A stretch of 64,000 bases of DNA, taken from IMG/VR virus record IMGVR_UViG_2841277917_000004, positions 13,764 through 77,763 of that record. One strand, given 5' to 3'. Made by a program: the position numbers and the translations under genes. This document shows positions 1 through 9,922 of the stretch, one piece after another. The stretch comes from a virus. Taxonomy: Duplodnaviria; Caudoviricetes. Below the pieces are notes generated by a model that was not told where the DNA came from, made no database searches, and was given only the letters and a program-made list of their open reading frames with translations. Position 1 is the first letter of the stretch, and every line of letters begins with the position of its first letter.

Positions 1-102
1 TAGATTGCCAATACTTAAGTTCAATAAGGATTCAGATGGATACACATTTGCAGAGATATAGTACCAATTAAAACAGCGATTTTAAGGGGGTAGAGATTAA
101 TT

Positions 103-621
103 ATGTTAGAATTAGTGTATGTTGAAACTTATTCCAATGATAAAAAGAAAATTCTTGAAAAAGAATCTGTTACTACGCCCGGTTTCAATTGTGTACTTGA
201 TGTAGCTAAATATCTTTATTTAGAACGAGAATTTGATTTAAAACATTGCATAGACGAACATCTGATTTCAGAAGATTGGTTTGAGCATGGAGATAATTTT
301 GCTAATGAAACTGGATACAGATACTCTAAATCCTATTATTTCATTAACAATTTCCAAGAAATAAAGGATATTAGTTTGAAAGCAGCAATGGAAATAGTCG
401 ATGCATTATACTTGATAGAAGAACACACTCACACAATGAGCAAAGAGGTTAATGAATTTGGAAAAAGATTTGCAAATGATGTGTATCTAGATAACATTAA
501 ATGTTCAATGGATATTGTTAGAATTAAAAAGAATGTTCTTTTGCGATATGGCTATTCTCAAGCTCAAATGACAGAAATGATAAGGTGCTTATATCACAAA
601 AATTATCATTTTGCGAGATAA
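103..621 (+). CDS. hypothetical protein
   Basis: 172-aa ORF with RBS; bounded by palindrome copies at 68 and 625. Confidence 0.7.
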   Translation: MLELVYVETYSNDKKKILEKESVTTPGFNCVLDVAKYLYLEREFDLKHCIDEHLISEDWFEHGDNFANETGYRYSKSYYFINNFQEIKDISLKAAMEIVDALYLIEEHTHTMSKEVNEFGKRFANDVYLDNIKCSMDIVRIKKNVLLRYGYSQAQMTEMIRCLYHKNYHFAR

Positions 622-688
622 GTAATGAAATTGGTATTTTATTGAAACGATAATAGGTATTCTAAATTCTAAACAGAGGAGCTAGGAA

Positions 689-1243
689 ATGAATCTTTAT
701 AATGACATGACCGAACAAGAACTGAAACATCTGTTGGATAATAAAATGGGAAAGTTGTTGGGTGAAGGAAATCATGGGAAAGTGTTTGAACTTGGGGACG
801 ATTATGTAATTAAGTATTTTATTGGACGTTCGTATACTGAGGATTATGTGGCGTTAGAAGCTTTACAAGAATCAAAATTCACTCCAAGATTGTATGCGCA
901 TGTTCATGACACATATGTTGTAATGGAGAAAGTAGGAGGTATTACTCTTAGTGACTATTTAACAATAAATAAAACTCTTCCTGATGGCATAGAAACACAA
1001 GTGGAAGAACTAATTAGAGAATATGCAGAACTTGGCTGGCAATTACCTGATTTAAAAGAAAGAGAACATATTCTATGGATTGAAGAAGATCGAGCCATTA
1101 AATACATCGATTTTGGCGTGATGGACAACTTCATTACTGTAAAGGAAAGACATCCAGAGTTTTATAAAAAAACTATCGATAATCAAGTTAAAGATTCAAT
1201 AAGCGTCATTACAAAAGCTAAAGAATTTGGCATATTTGTTTAA
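689..1243 (+). CDS. small protein-kinase-like (Ser/Thr, RIO/Bud32-like fold) protein
   Basis: LGEGNHGKVF Gly loop, VIK lysine, VMEKV hinge, PDLK catalytic loop, IDFG. Confidence 0.8.
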   Translation: MNLYNDMTEQELKHLLDNKMGKLLGEGNHGKVFELGDDYVIKYFIGRSYTEDYVALEALQESKFTPRLYAHVHDTYVVMEKVGGITLSDYLTINKTLPDGIETQVEELIREYAELGWQLPDLKEREHILWIEEDRAIKYIDFGVMDNFITVKERHPEFYKKTIDNQVKDSISVITKAKEFGIFV

Positions 1244-1372
1244 TGTATTCTAGTGAGAAATTATGAAATGGGGATTTTAAGAGGAGAAAACACCGGAGGA
1301 AGATCGCAGCGTTTCCACTGAATATAATAAAAATATAACGAGATTTAATAGCAAGCAAATCTCATAAGATAA

Positions 1373-1969
1373 ATGATTAAGGGTGGTACGATGAAACAAT
1401 TAACTGATTGGGCAATACTTACACTTTATTTTGTATTTGTTTGGTTGGCTTTATTAATTACTTTGAATATTAGTAGATTTTCAATTGATAGTTTTGAAAC
1501 AATCTTTACAATAGTCTTTAGCATTGGAGTATCTGTGTTATGTTTTTTTCTGGTATTTAATGTAACTATACTATTTATTAGTAAAAGAAAATGGAAAATG
1601 CCTGATAAGAACAGTTTTTATAATCCACTTTCCAAGAACGTAGAATTACATTTAGGTAGTTCAGGAAATATTCGATCTGCTTTATTAGTAATTAATAGAG
1701 CAAGAGAACTTAAAATGAATGTATATTTTGTTACTGATCATATTGACAGTGAGTCATTAATAAAAATTGCAAATAAGTATGGTTTTAAAATTGAAATTAG
1801 AAAGGCAACATTTATTCAAAAATTAATGTTTATACCGAAAGCTAAAATTTACAAAGTGCTTAAAAGAGCAAAATCTAGAAATTATGAATGTATTGAATGT
1901 AAAATTTTAATTAGAGAAGATAAGATACTTAAAGAAGAAAATTTTAAAGGTGTAATTAGAAATTTTTAA
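1373..1969 (+). CDS. membrane protein (2 N-terminal TM helices), hypothetical
   Basis: Two hydrophobic stretches followed by a basic soluble domain. Confidence 0.65.
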   Translation: MIKGGTMKQLTDWAILTLYFVFVWLALLITLNISRFSIDSFETIFTIVFSIGVSVLCFFLVFNVTILFISKRKWKMPDKNSFYNPLSKNVELHLGSSGNIRSALLVINRARELKMNVYFVTDHIDSESLIKIANKYGFKIEIRKATFIQKLMFIPKAKIYKVLKRAKSRNYECIECKILIREDKILKEENFKGVIRNF

Positions 1970-1993
1970 GGAGATGAATTTCAGATAGGAACA

Positions 1994-2407
1994 TTGGAAA
2001 AAGCGATTGTTATAGCTATTAAAGCACATGCTGGTCAAGTAGATAAAGGTGGTAATCCGTACATACTGCATCCGTTAAAAGTGATGCTGAAAATGAGTAC
2101 TGAAGAAGAAATGATCGTTGCTGTGCTGCATGATGTTATCGAGGATACAAAAGTTAATGCACATGATCTGATACGAGCTGGCTTTACAGAGAGTGTTATT
2201 GATGCTGTAATTGCTTTGACAAGGCAAGACGGAGAAACATATGTGGACTTTATTAAGCGTGCAAAATGTAACCCGATTGCAAGGAAAGTAAAAATGGAGG
2301 ATATAGAAGATAACTGCGATTTGACACGTATATCCAATCCAACTGACCAAGACTACAGTAGAATTAAGCGGTATAAGAAAGCGATTCAGGAATTGATGTC
2401 TTCATGA
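1994..2407 (+). CDS. stand-alone HD-domain protein (RelA/SpoT hydrolase/MESH1-like)
   Basis: AHAGQ-x5-PYILHP, AVLHDVIED, VKMEDIEDN motifs. Confidence 0.85.
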   Translation: MEKAIVIAIKAHAGQVDKGGNPYILHPLKVMLKMSTEEEMIVAVLHDVIEDTKVNAHDLIRAGFTESVIDAVIALTRQDGETYVDFIKRAKCNPIARKVKMEDIEDNCDLTRISNPTDQDYSRIKRYKKAIQELMSS

Positions 2408-2473
2408 ACATTAATATTCAATTTTTGATAAACTGGAGTTTAAATAAAAAACGTTACCAATAGGGGAAATAAA

Positions 2474-2713
2474 ATGAAGGTTCCGAAATACATAAGAGAA
2501 GCTGTTATCAAGAATGCTAAAGCAAACGCAGTAGCTATGGAAACCGATAGGATTATACGTGATTGGTTAGGAAAGAAAAAAATCTATAATAATTCTGTTA
2601 TCGATATGTATATAGATAGTTGTGATATGGGGAATGATCCTGATGGATTTATAAAATTCTTAGAAGGTGATTCATATAGAAAAGAAAATGATAGCTGGTA
2701 TTGTGAGGATTAA
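2474..2713 (+). CDS. hypothetical protein
   Basis: 79-aa ORF with RBS. Confidence 0.6.
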   Translation: MKVPKYIREAVIKNAKANAVAMETDRIIRDWLGKKKIYNNSVIDMYIDSCDMGNDPDGFIKFLEGDSYRKENDSWYCED

Positions 2714-2791
2714 GATTAAATAGGATAAAATACTGTTTTTATTGCCTTGCGCTCTCATTTTACTTATAATCATTTGCGGGGTGGTTATAAG

Positions 2792-3394
2792 ATGGCATTA
2801 ATAGTTAAAATTTCCATTAAAGATGATAAGGGGAAAGAAACTGAACTAGAGTTACAAGAAACTGATAGCCTTTCAAAATTAGTGATCGTGCAAAATGTGT
2901 TTAATTTATTTGGTATTGATAAAGATATTTTGAAAACAGTAAAAGAGTTTGAAAAGATAGGTAAGGCTTACAGCCATTTCTTTGCCAATATGAAGCAAGA
3001 AGAAGAGCAAACAGAAGAGAAACAAATTAATAGCGAAGAAATTCGAGGGCAAATGATTAAAGGGCTTCAAGATAATAATGAATCTCCAGTAATTCAAGAA
3101 GATCAAGATAATCAAACGAATACTGTTCCTGATAATGTTGTTCAGGTTTCAGACTATCTAACAACAGGAATTAAAGAAGATTCCAGCGGGACAAAACGCT
3201 ACAAATTAAGATATGAATGTCCTATATGTATGAATAAGGGCGTTCATTATGTTTATAAAAATTCGTCCGAAACGTGGTGCCATGCTTGTGGAGTAAACAT
3301 GCAAATAAAAGCAGCTCACAAAGAAGGATTTCCTAATAGAGATTCATTCGGAAATTTTTATCGAGCAGGGGATTATTACGACTACTCTAGCTAA
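2792..3394 (+). CDS. hypothetical protein with C-terminal CxxC...CxxC zinc ribbon
   Basis: YECPIC...TWCHACG; ATG at 2792 after a GGGGTGG RBS-like site; hairpin at 3378-3406. Confidence 0.7.
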   Translation: MALIVKISIKDDKGKETELELQETDSLSKLVIVQNVFNLFGIDKDILKTVKEFEKIGKAYSHFFANMKQEEEQTEEKQINSEEIRGQMIKGLQDNNESPVIQEDQDNQTNTVPDNVVQVSDYLTTGIKEDSSGTKRYKLRYECPICMNKGVHYVYKNSSETWCHACGVNMQIKAAHKEGFPNRDSFGNFYRAGDYYDYSS

Positions 3395-3538
3395 AAGGGT
3401 AGTCGTTTGCTTAGTAATGATTGCTCTATTTGGATATATGAGAAAGAAATCACAATATATTAAATAAAATATTGTATATTAAGATTCCTTATGTTATAAT
3501 GAAAGTGTTAGGGATTAACTGGTTGTGGAGGTAATTTT

Positions 3539-4883
3539 ATGATTTATTCAGATTATCAAGAATTGCAAGTACGTCTAAGAAATGAGATTAATATTAAAAG
3601 AAAATCTCAAGGCTTAAAATTAAACAAATTAGCTGAGCTGTTAGGGATAGATAATGTAACTAATCTTACAAGGACTCTAAGACCTAGCGATTCAATTGAT
3701 AGGAAATTCAATGTAGAAATGATTGATTCCATCACATCTATCCTATGTCTCCCAGAAGGCTATTTTTATCCTTTATCCTTTATTTTTGGGTGAGTTAAGA
3801 AGGAAAACAAAGAAAAATGAAAGTGGTACTTTTATAGAGGGAAAAACAAAAGATTTTATTAAAAGATGCTTAGACTTGTCACTGTACGATATTGTATCGG
3901 GATTGATTGAAGAAGTTATCAATGAAAAAAATACAAAAGTTATCTTTGATTTAGCGGAAGAAATATTTTCTCATGCAGAAGAAAAGTACCCTTATGATCC
4001 AAGCACTGTAAACTACAAACAACCAGAATATACTCATGCACTGTATTTATATCAACTCATTGCAGAAAAAGAAAAAAGCTTCTCTCCACAGTTGGCAGTT
4101 TGCTACCTTAGAATTTTTTACTTGCTCAGATTCGATCCCCAACAAGTACATGAGCGATTTATCTTAATGAAAAATTTTATAAGATTTATGCCAGAGGACG
4201 AGCAATTAGTCGCTTATGAACGGGTTTGTGCTTACTACAAGATGTATTTTAAATGGGACAAGTTATATGAAGCAGCAGTTACTTTAGAAGAATTAGCAAA
4301 AGAGAAGAATGAGGATAAATTTGGTTTTGCATTAGTCTCAAAAGGATTTGCTCTTAATGGACTTCATAAGTATAACGAGGCTCTAAAAGTTATTAATGAA
4401 TATAAAAATATTAATGGGTTTGGAGAGCAAGCTATAATTAATCAATTAATTACACAGATACATCTTGGTGACATGACCAAAGCTGATGAGCTAATTGAAA
4501 TTGCATTGAGAACTCCTTCGCCCACTAAAGAATCTACACTTGCTATAGTTCTTGAAAAATATTCGGAAACAGGTCAAATAGATTCTGCACTAAAGTTAAT
4601 GGAAAAGTGCAATCAACATTTAAATTTGGATAAGAATGACAAAACTCATCTTGCCTTTAAAATTATGAAGTTTAAAAGAGCGGAAGGGTTAATACATATA
4701 CAAAATCAAGCGTTCGAAAAAGGAATAGGTAGATTATTAGAATCAGCAGGAATTGCAATTCATCTCAATTTAACTCTTGAGTTTGGCGAGTTAGTCGCTT
4801 TATTAAGTAAGAATATTGAAAACGCAAATGATAATCAAAAAGAGTTTTTATATAAGTTATATAAAAACAATGAAAGGAGGTGA
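3539..4883 (+). pseudogene. aimR: AimR-like arbitrium receptor (HTH + TPR, RRNPP family), frameshifted
   Basis: HTH ORF 3539-3793 (LPEGYFYP) and TPR-like ORF to 4883 are joined by removing one TATCCTT copy at 3767-3780, giving 445 aa; followed by a signal-peptide gene. Confidence 0.85.
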
Positions 4884-4889
4884 TCATAA

Positions 4890-5009
4890 ATGAAAAAACT
4901 ATTACTTTCAATGCTTGCAGTATTGTGCCTTGTTTCGGTAGCAACAGCAGTAAGCGCAGATGCAGGTGAGCGACCAGTGGCATTAATGGACGCAGGAGAA
5001 CGACCATAG
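4890..5009 (+). CDS. aimP: AimP-like arbitrium pro-peptide, 39 aa: MKKLLLSMLAVLCLVSVATAVSADAGERPVALMDAGERP
   Basis: Translated by hand (below the ORF-track cutoff); strong AAAGGAGGTGA RBS; Sec signal peptide; directly after the aimR-like gene; terminator follows. Confidence 0.88.
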   Translation: MKKLLLSMLAVLCLVSVATAVSADAGERPVALMDAGERP

Positions 5010-5026
5010 AAGTACATAACTACCTT

Positions 5027-5059
5027 AAAGCCTCTCAATATTATTTGAGAGGTTTTTTT
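5027..5059 (+). terminator. rho-independent terminator after aimP
   Basis: AAAGCCTCTCAA-N6-TTGAGAGGTTTT followed by a T run. Confidence 0.85.
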
Positions 5060-5263
5060 ATTGAAATTAATGTCGAATTATGTCGTAACAATTCCCTTTT
5101 AAATGTATTTTATTTCTTTTGGATGTGTGTTTAAATGTAAATAGTAATAAAGAAATAGAAATATCAGTTAAAATTGAAAATATATTAAAAAATAAATAAC
5201 CAATAAAGATTCAACGTAATTAAGAGCTTTATTAAACCAACATTGAGGGGAGAATATATATAA

Positions 5264-5659
5264 ATGTTGATTTATCTAGAAGACCATATAAATAAAATAA
5301 TGTATGCAAATGGAGTTTTCTCTTTTGAAATTGATGACTCTAGCTTTGACTTCTGTGGCTTGATAACAAATCAACATGTCATAGTAGGAACCACAAGTGG
5401 AACAGATATTGTATTAGATGTAATTAAGGCTACTGTAGTAGGGAAAGAAGTGTTCGATGAAGTAACGCATTATGAAATACATATGAATGTCCGTTTGAAA
5501 TTAGGAGAGGAAGAAGAGCTTGAGGGCGTAGAGCCAGCCATATGCGCTGAGATGATGCTTTCGTATTTAAATTTAGACTGCGAATTTATTGAATTGGAAT
5601 TCGGAGATTATTCTTGTGTTTATAGAGTGCTAGAGTCAGACATTAACTGGACTAATTGA
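5264..5659 (+). CDS. acidic hypothetical protein at the aimX position
   Basis: 131-aa ORF between aimP and the DndB-like gene; own terminator at 5654-5685. Confidence 0.65.
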   Translation: MLIYLEDHINKIMYANGVFSFEIDDSSFDFCGLITNQHVIVGTTSGTDIVLDVIKATVVGKEVFDEVTHYEIHMNVRLKLGEEEELEGVEPAICAEMMLSYLNLDCEFIELEFGDYSCVYRVLESDINWTN

Positions 5660-5685
5660 CCCCTGTAATAAAGGGGTCAATTTTT
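5654..5685 (+). terminator. rho-independent terminator
   Basis: AATTGACCCCT / AGGGGTCAATT stem followed by a T run. Confidence 0.8.
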
Positions 5686-5773
5686 GTTGTCATTACACTA
5701 TGTTAAATTGTATAATGAATATACAATAGACTATAATTAAATTTATATATCTTTTTTGGAAGAAGGTGATCAA

Positions 5774-7144
5774 ATGCAAATTGGCGTAACCAGAGATATG
5801 GTGGAAGAAGTATTGCACAAAGCCATAGCAGAGATCAAAAATAGTAAGAAAACAGTTCACTTATTTAAAAAGAAATTATCGACTCATGGAGTAGGATTGG
5901 CTGACACTCAGCGTATAATAAATGGGAAAACCCCTTTGGATCAAGTAGAGAATAGCGTTTTATGTTTATTTCTTATTTACATAAGAGAATTCATTAGTGA
6001 TGATAGTGATTTAAAAGCAAAATTAAAAGTACAAAATTATTATACTCAGAATGAGATCAATGAAGTAAAATTAATAGAGTATGCTCCTGAAAGGGTAAAA
6101 AACGAAAGTTTATTACCGTATACTTTCACAGAGGCAATACAGTCTGATTTGGATGATTATGATACCCTTATTACTGAAAGACAAATCTTAGAATTAATTG
6201 ATGGTAACATCATACAGTATAATTTCGAAACTCAACGAGAGGCGAAAATAATCAAATCAAGCAATTCACCAACAGGGATTATAAAAGTACCAAAGATAAA
6301 CGAAGAAGCACTGAAAGACATTACAAAATTGATTTTAGCAGGGAAATTAGTTAGAACAACCATTATATTAAATGCAAGATTAAACTCATCTGATTCTGGA
6401 CAAGAGATTCTTTTTGATAGAAAGGGTAGGACTTTAACTGTAACTGAGGGAACTAAGCTAGATTGTATAGATGGATTTCATAGGATAATGGCTGTAGTAA
6501 ATGCTCTTAAAATAAATCCTGATGTCAAGATGACATTTGGTTTAAGAGTAGTTAATTATAGTGAAAAAAAGGCTCAAATTTTATTCTCTCAAATAAATAC
6601 TTTTACCAGCCAAAGTGCTTCAAGATTAGCAGAAATGCGTCAAAGTTTTTCTTCTTATGTCGTTAAGCAACTTAGAGAGGAAAGTGTGATAGGAGATAAA
6701 ATATCTTCAAGTGACTCGCTTTTTTCTGATCAATTGGTAACTTTTAATGTTTTAGATTCAATAATAGATGAAACTTTTCATCCAACAAATATTATAGAGG
6801 CTAAAAATGTCGTAAATATATTAAAAGAGACTTTTGACTCTATTGCTATGAAATACCCTAATGAATTTATAACAGAAGTAGACAAATCAAAAAAAGAAAC
6901 TGTTGTAAATCAAAACCATATGTTTAACGCCTATGTAGTACTAGCTAAAAAAATAAATGACTTAGGTCTGCCTATAAGTGATATAACAAAAATTTTGAGT
7001 AAATTTGATTTCTCACGTAGCAATCCACTATGGCAAGAGGTGGGCATTCTAGACCAAAATAAGAACATGGTTTCGAAACCTAAGAAAAAAATACTTAACT
7101 TGTTTAAAAAAATTAACGCTAAAGAGGAGATATTAGATGTCTAA
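5774..7144 (+). CDS. DndB-like DGQHR/ParB-domain protein (SPbeta YopQ/SroE-like)
   Basis: IDGFHR motif; syntenic directly upstream of the YopR-like gene. Confidence 0.8.
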   Translation: MQIGVTRDMVEEVLHKAIAEIKNSKKTVHLFKKKLSTHGVGLADTQRIINGKTPLDQVENSVLCLFLIYIREFISDDSDLKAKLKVQNYYTQNEINEVKLIEYAPERVKNESLLPYTFTEAIQSDLDDYDTLITERQILELIDGNIIQYNFETQREAKIIKSSNSPTGIIKVPKINEEALKDITKLILAGKLVRTTIILNARLNSSDSGQEILFDRKGRTLTVTEGTKLDCIDGFHRIMAVVNALKINPDVKMTFGLRVVNYSEKKAQILFSQINTFTSQSASRLAEMRQSFSSYVVKQLREESVIGDKISSSDSLFSDQLVTFNVLDSIIDETFHPTNIIEAKNVVNILKETFDSIAMKYPNEFITEVDKSKKETVVNQNHMFNAYVVLAKKINDLGLPISDITKILSKFDFSRSNPLWQEVGILDQNKNMVSKPKKKILNLFKKINAKEEILDV

Positions 7145-8147
7145 TCTAAGGTATAAAGATGGTTTTTACAACGAAAACTATAAAAAAGCTTTTTTAGATC
7201 AGTATAGTAGCAGTATAAAAACGTATGAGGTATACGCTAGGATTTTTAAAGCAAGTAAAGATATTGAAGAAGAAAAGGAAAAAGAATTAGGAAATTTTAA
7301 TGCAGGAGATTTAGATGATTTGTTTACTCATCTAAATCCTCGTAGTGCATGGGTTAGTGCAACCAATATAAGTGTTGTTAAAAACTATATTCATTGGTTT
7401 ATAGAGAATGGGTATAGAGAAAATAATATTAATCCAATAGTTATGTTAAAACATGTGGAAGGATATGCAAGACAGTTTGTAGATGAAAGCGTGCAACAAT
7501 ATTATTCGAAGAAAACGATTGAAGAAATTGTTGATTATGCAGTTAATAAGCAGGATGCAGTTATTCCATTAGCCCTGTTCGAAGGTATAGCAGGAAAAGA
7601 AAGTTGCGAGATCAGAAACTTAAAATACTATGAAATAGATTTTGAACGAAACATCGTCTTGCTGACTGATTTAGATGGCACTAAAAGAGAGCTTACTATT
7701 TCTGATAAATTAATCGAACTTTTAAAAGCTGCTTATTTTGAATCAGAATATATTAAGAAAAACGGAAATGAATTTTCAGAAACAACTAGAAATAAAAAAG
7801 AAGGTATTGAGCTGCTAGAGACAGGTTATATATTAAAGCCAGCCAAAACTAGAGTTGTCCATGAAGATGCAGTAAAAAAACATGTTGTATCCAGACGTTT
7901 GACATCACTTGGAGAGTTTTTTGGTATTCAGAATATAACTGCTTTAAAAGTAATAAGATCTGGCATGATTTATATGGGGCATAAACTCTATAAAAGAGAT
8001 GGTGTGTTAGGAAAAGAACAGATAGCTGAGATTTGTCAGCAATTCAATATACCAAAAGTACATTCTGCTGGTGTATATGATTACAACTACACTCGGATTG
8101 GCGAGTATGTAAACTTAGATATAATAAAAGAATTATATGGAGAATAA
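7137..8147 (+). CDS. mrpR: tyrosine-recombinase-fold master repressor (MrpR/YopR/SroF-like)
   Basis: LALFEGIAGKESCEIRNLK and IRSGMIY motifs, catalytic R/H set degenerate; SPbeta synteny. Confidence 0.75.
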   Translation: MSNLRYKDGFYNENYKKAFLDQYSSSIKTYEVYARIFKASKDIEEEKEKELGNFNAGDLDDLFTHLNPRSAWVSATNISVVKNYIHWFIENGYRENNINPIVMLKHVEGYARQFVDESVQQYYSKKTIEEIVDYAVNKQDAVIPLALFEGIAGKESCEIRNLKYYEIDFERNIVLLTDLDGTKRELTISDKLIELLKAAYFESEYIKKNGNEFSETTRNKKEGIELLETGYILKPAKTRVVHEDAVKKHVVSRRLTSLGEFFGIQNITALKVIRSGMIYMGHKLYKRDGVLGKEQIAEICQQFNIPKVHSAGVYDYNYTRIGEYVNLDIIKELYGE

Positions 8148-8153
8148 AAATGG

Positions 8154-8183
8154 AACCCCCAGATAGACTCTGAGGGTTTTTTT
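8154..8183 (+). terminator. rho-independent terminator after the repressor operon
   Basis: AACCCCCAGA / TCTGAGGGTT stem followed by a T run. Confidence 0.8.
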
Positions 8184-8236
8184 GTGTTGATTTCAAGGGT
8201 AGAGGAATGAAAATATTTTTTAATTACTAAAAGGTG

Positions 8237-8265
8237 TTTACAAGCTTGGAAAGAAGGTGTAATAT
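8237..8265 (+). promoter_or_regulatory. sigmaA-like early promoter
   Basis: TTTACA-N17-TAATAT, followed by AAAATAAAAATATGTAT. Confidence 0.6.
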
Positions 8266-8304
8266 AAAATAAAAATATGTATTAAATAAAAGGGCGGTGA
8301 TAAT

Positions 8305-9619
8305 GTGAGTGAGGTTTGGGACTGCACAGATTTAATTTCTACTAAAGATTTAATTTCATTATATGAGAGAGAAATTGAAAGAAAGGAATCTAAACTAAAT
8401 GAAACTAAAGAGTCTCAGATTGAATACAACATATTAACTAGAGAAATTTATGAATTAAAAAATAAACTATATAAAATAAAAAATAAATGTTGAATCATGA
8501 ATAGCGGGCAAAGAATAAAATCTGGCTTTCATTAGATAGGAGGGAGCGATGGTGAAATATGTAGCACATTTAAAGCAAATCGGAAAGATGCTAGATGATC
8601 CAAGTTGCAATGAAAAGCTCAACAACACATTGGGCAATGTATTTTTACAACTTGAGGAAAACTACAAAATTGCTGATCGAATTGAACTTTACTATTTAGG
8701 AACAAATGTAAGGGTGAGGATAGGTGACAGAGTAATTTCAAATGATGAAGAAGAGTACTGGGGGGAGCAAGTGACCCGAATAAATGAAGATGGAACAATT
8801 AACGTAACCTCACCACTAGATACCTTTAAAGGAGTCTCGTATAAGAATTATAGATTACATACAAAACAAAATGTCTTTTTTGAGGAGTGTGAAAATGCTA
8901 TCCGAAAATGTAAGAAAAGAACTTGAAAGTGCTTTTGATCATATAGAAGCTGCATATGATTTGTTGCATGGACAAGATGATTATTACGATCCGAAGCAAA
9001 CAATTTTTGATTTCATATATGAATTTAATGAAAGCAAAGACACTGTTAGAGCTAAGGTTAATGTTCTTTATCGAGCTTTGTTGGCATTAAGCACAGAATA
9101 CAAACCTGATCCTGCCGATGACAAGAAGTGGAGGGAATATTATGACTGATACTGAAAAGCAACGTGCAATTGCTTTAGGTGAGCAATTTGGATTAGAAGT
9201 TACATTCGACAACAAAGAACCAGGTGCTTTTATTGGGGATAAAAAATTGAGTTTTGGGGAATTGTTTAAGGATTGGCTTGATGATGTAAATGAGGAGGGA
9301 TGAACATGAACTATTATCAGGCAATTGAATTAATGAAAAATAAGAAGTAGTAGAAAGTCTAGAATAGGAAGTTGGCAGAGCAGATTGTTGCGAGTATAGC
9401 CATGCATAGGGAGTTGAGAAAGTGGACAATTTTCAATTTAAACTCAATAAAGAAGAGGACAAAACAGCAGATGACACTATTTTTTCTGTTAAACCAAATG
9501 GGGAAAAATATAAGATTTCTTGGGAGTGTGAAGGTGCTAAGTATAGCATATTTTATCCTGTATTAGTGGTAGAGGCGTTATTAGAAGATGGAGCATGGAT
9601 TATTGTTGATAACAAATAA
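8305..9619 (+). other. cluster of small hypothetical phage genes (8305-8493, 8549-8926, about 8895-9149, about 9142-9303, 9422-9619)
   Basis: Co-oriented short ORFs with RBSs; no recognisable motifs. Confidence 0.6.
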
Positions 9620-9658
9620 AACATGAATTTCATTATAGGCGTATAGGAGGGAAGAAGA

Positions 9659-9890
9659 GTGTTTGTTCCACAAGAAATTAAGAGAGTAATGGAAGCTCTT
9701 CAAAGTAACGGTTATCTTACATATTTAGTTGACGATTGCGTCCGTGATTCACTAGTCGGATCGAAACCAAAAGATTATGACATCGCAACTTCAGCAACGT
9801 CAGAAATTATACCAACAAGAATACAACAGGGAACAGTAACAGTTATTGTAGATGGAAAGCATATTTAAGTAACTTTCACAAAAGATTTTA
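9659..9890 (+). pseudogene. N-terminal remnant of a CCA-adding tRNA nucleotidyltransferase / poly(A) polymerase
   Basis: YLVDDCVRDSLVGSKPKDYDIATSA (canonical VGGxVRD...DxDIAT); stop at 9866-9868 where E of HIEVTTFR is expected; the rest of the gene is missing. Confidence 0.8.
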
Positions 9891-9922
9891 AATATAAAAT
9901 AAAAAAATAGGAGAGTGTAGAT

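Noticed and set aside
4765-5038. Minus-strand ORFs 4765-5007 and 4835-5038
   Set aside because: They are shadows of the + strand aimP gene, which has the RBS, signal peptide and terminator
5774-7144. Phosphorothioation (Dnd) system
   Set aside because: Only a DndB-like domain is present, with no dndACDE; it matches the SPbeta YopQ position
7137-8147. Active tyrosine integrase of the prophage
   Set aside because: The catalytic Arg/His positions look degenerate, synteny matches the MrpR/YopR repressor, and a serine integrase is present at 62390
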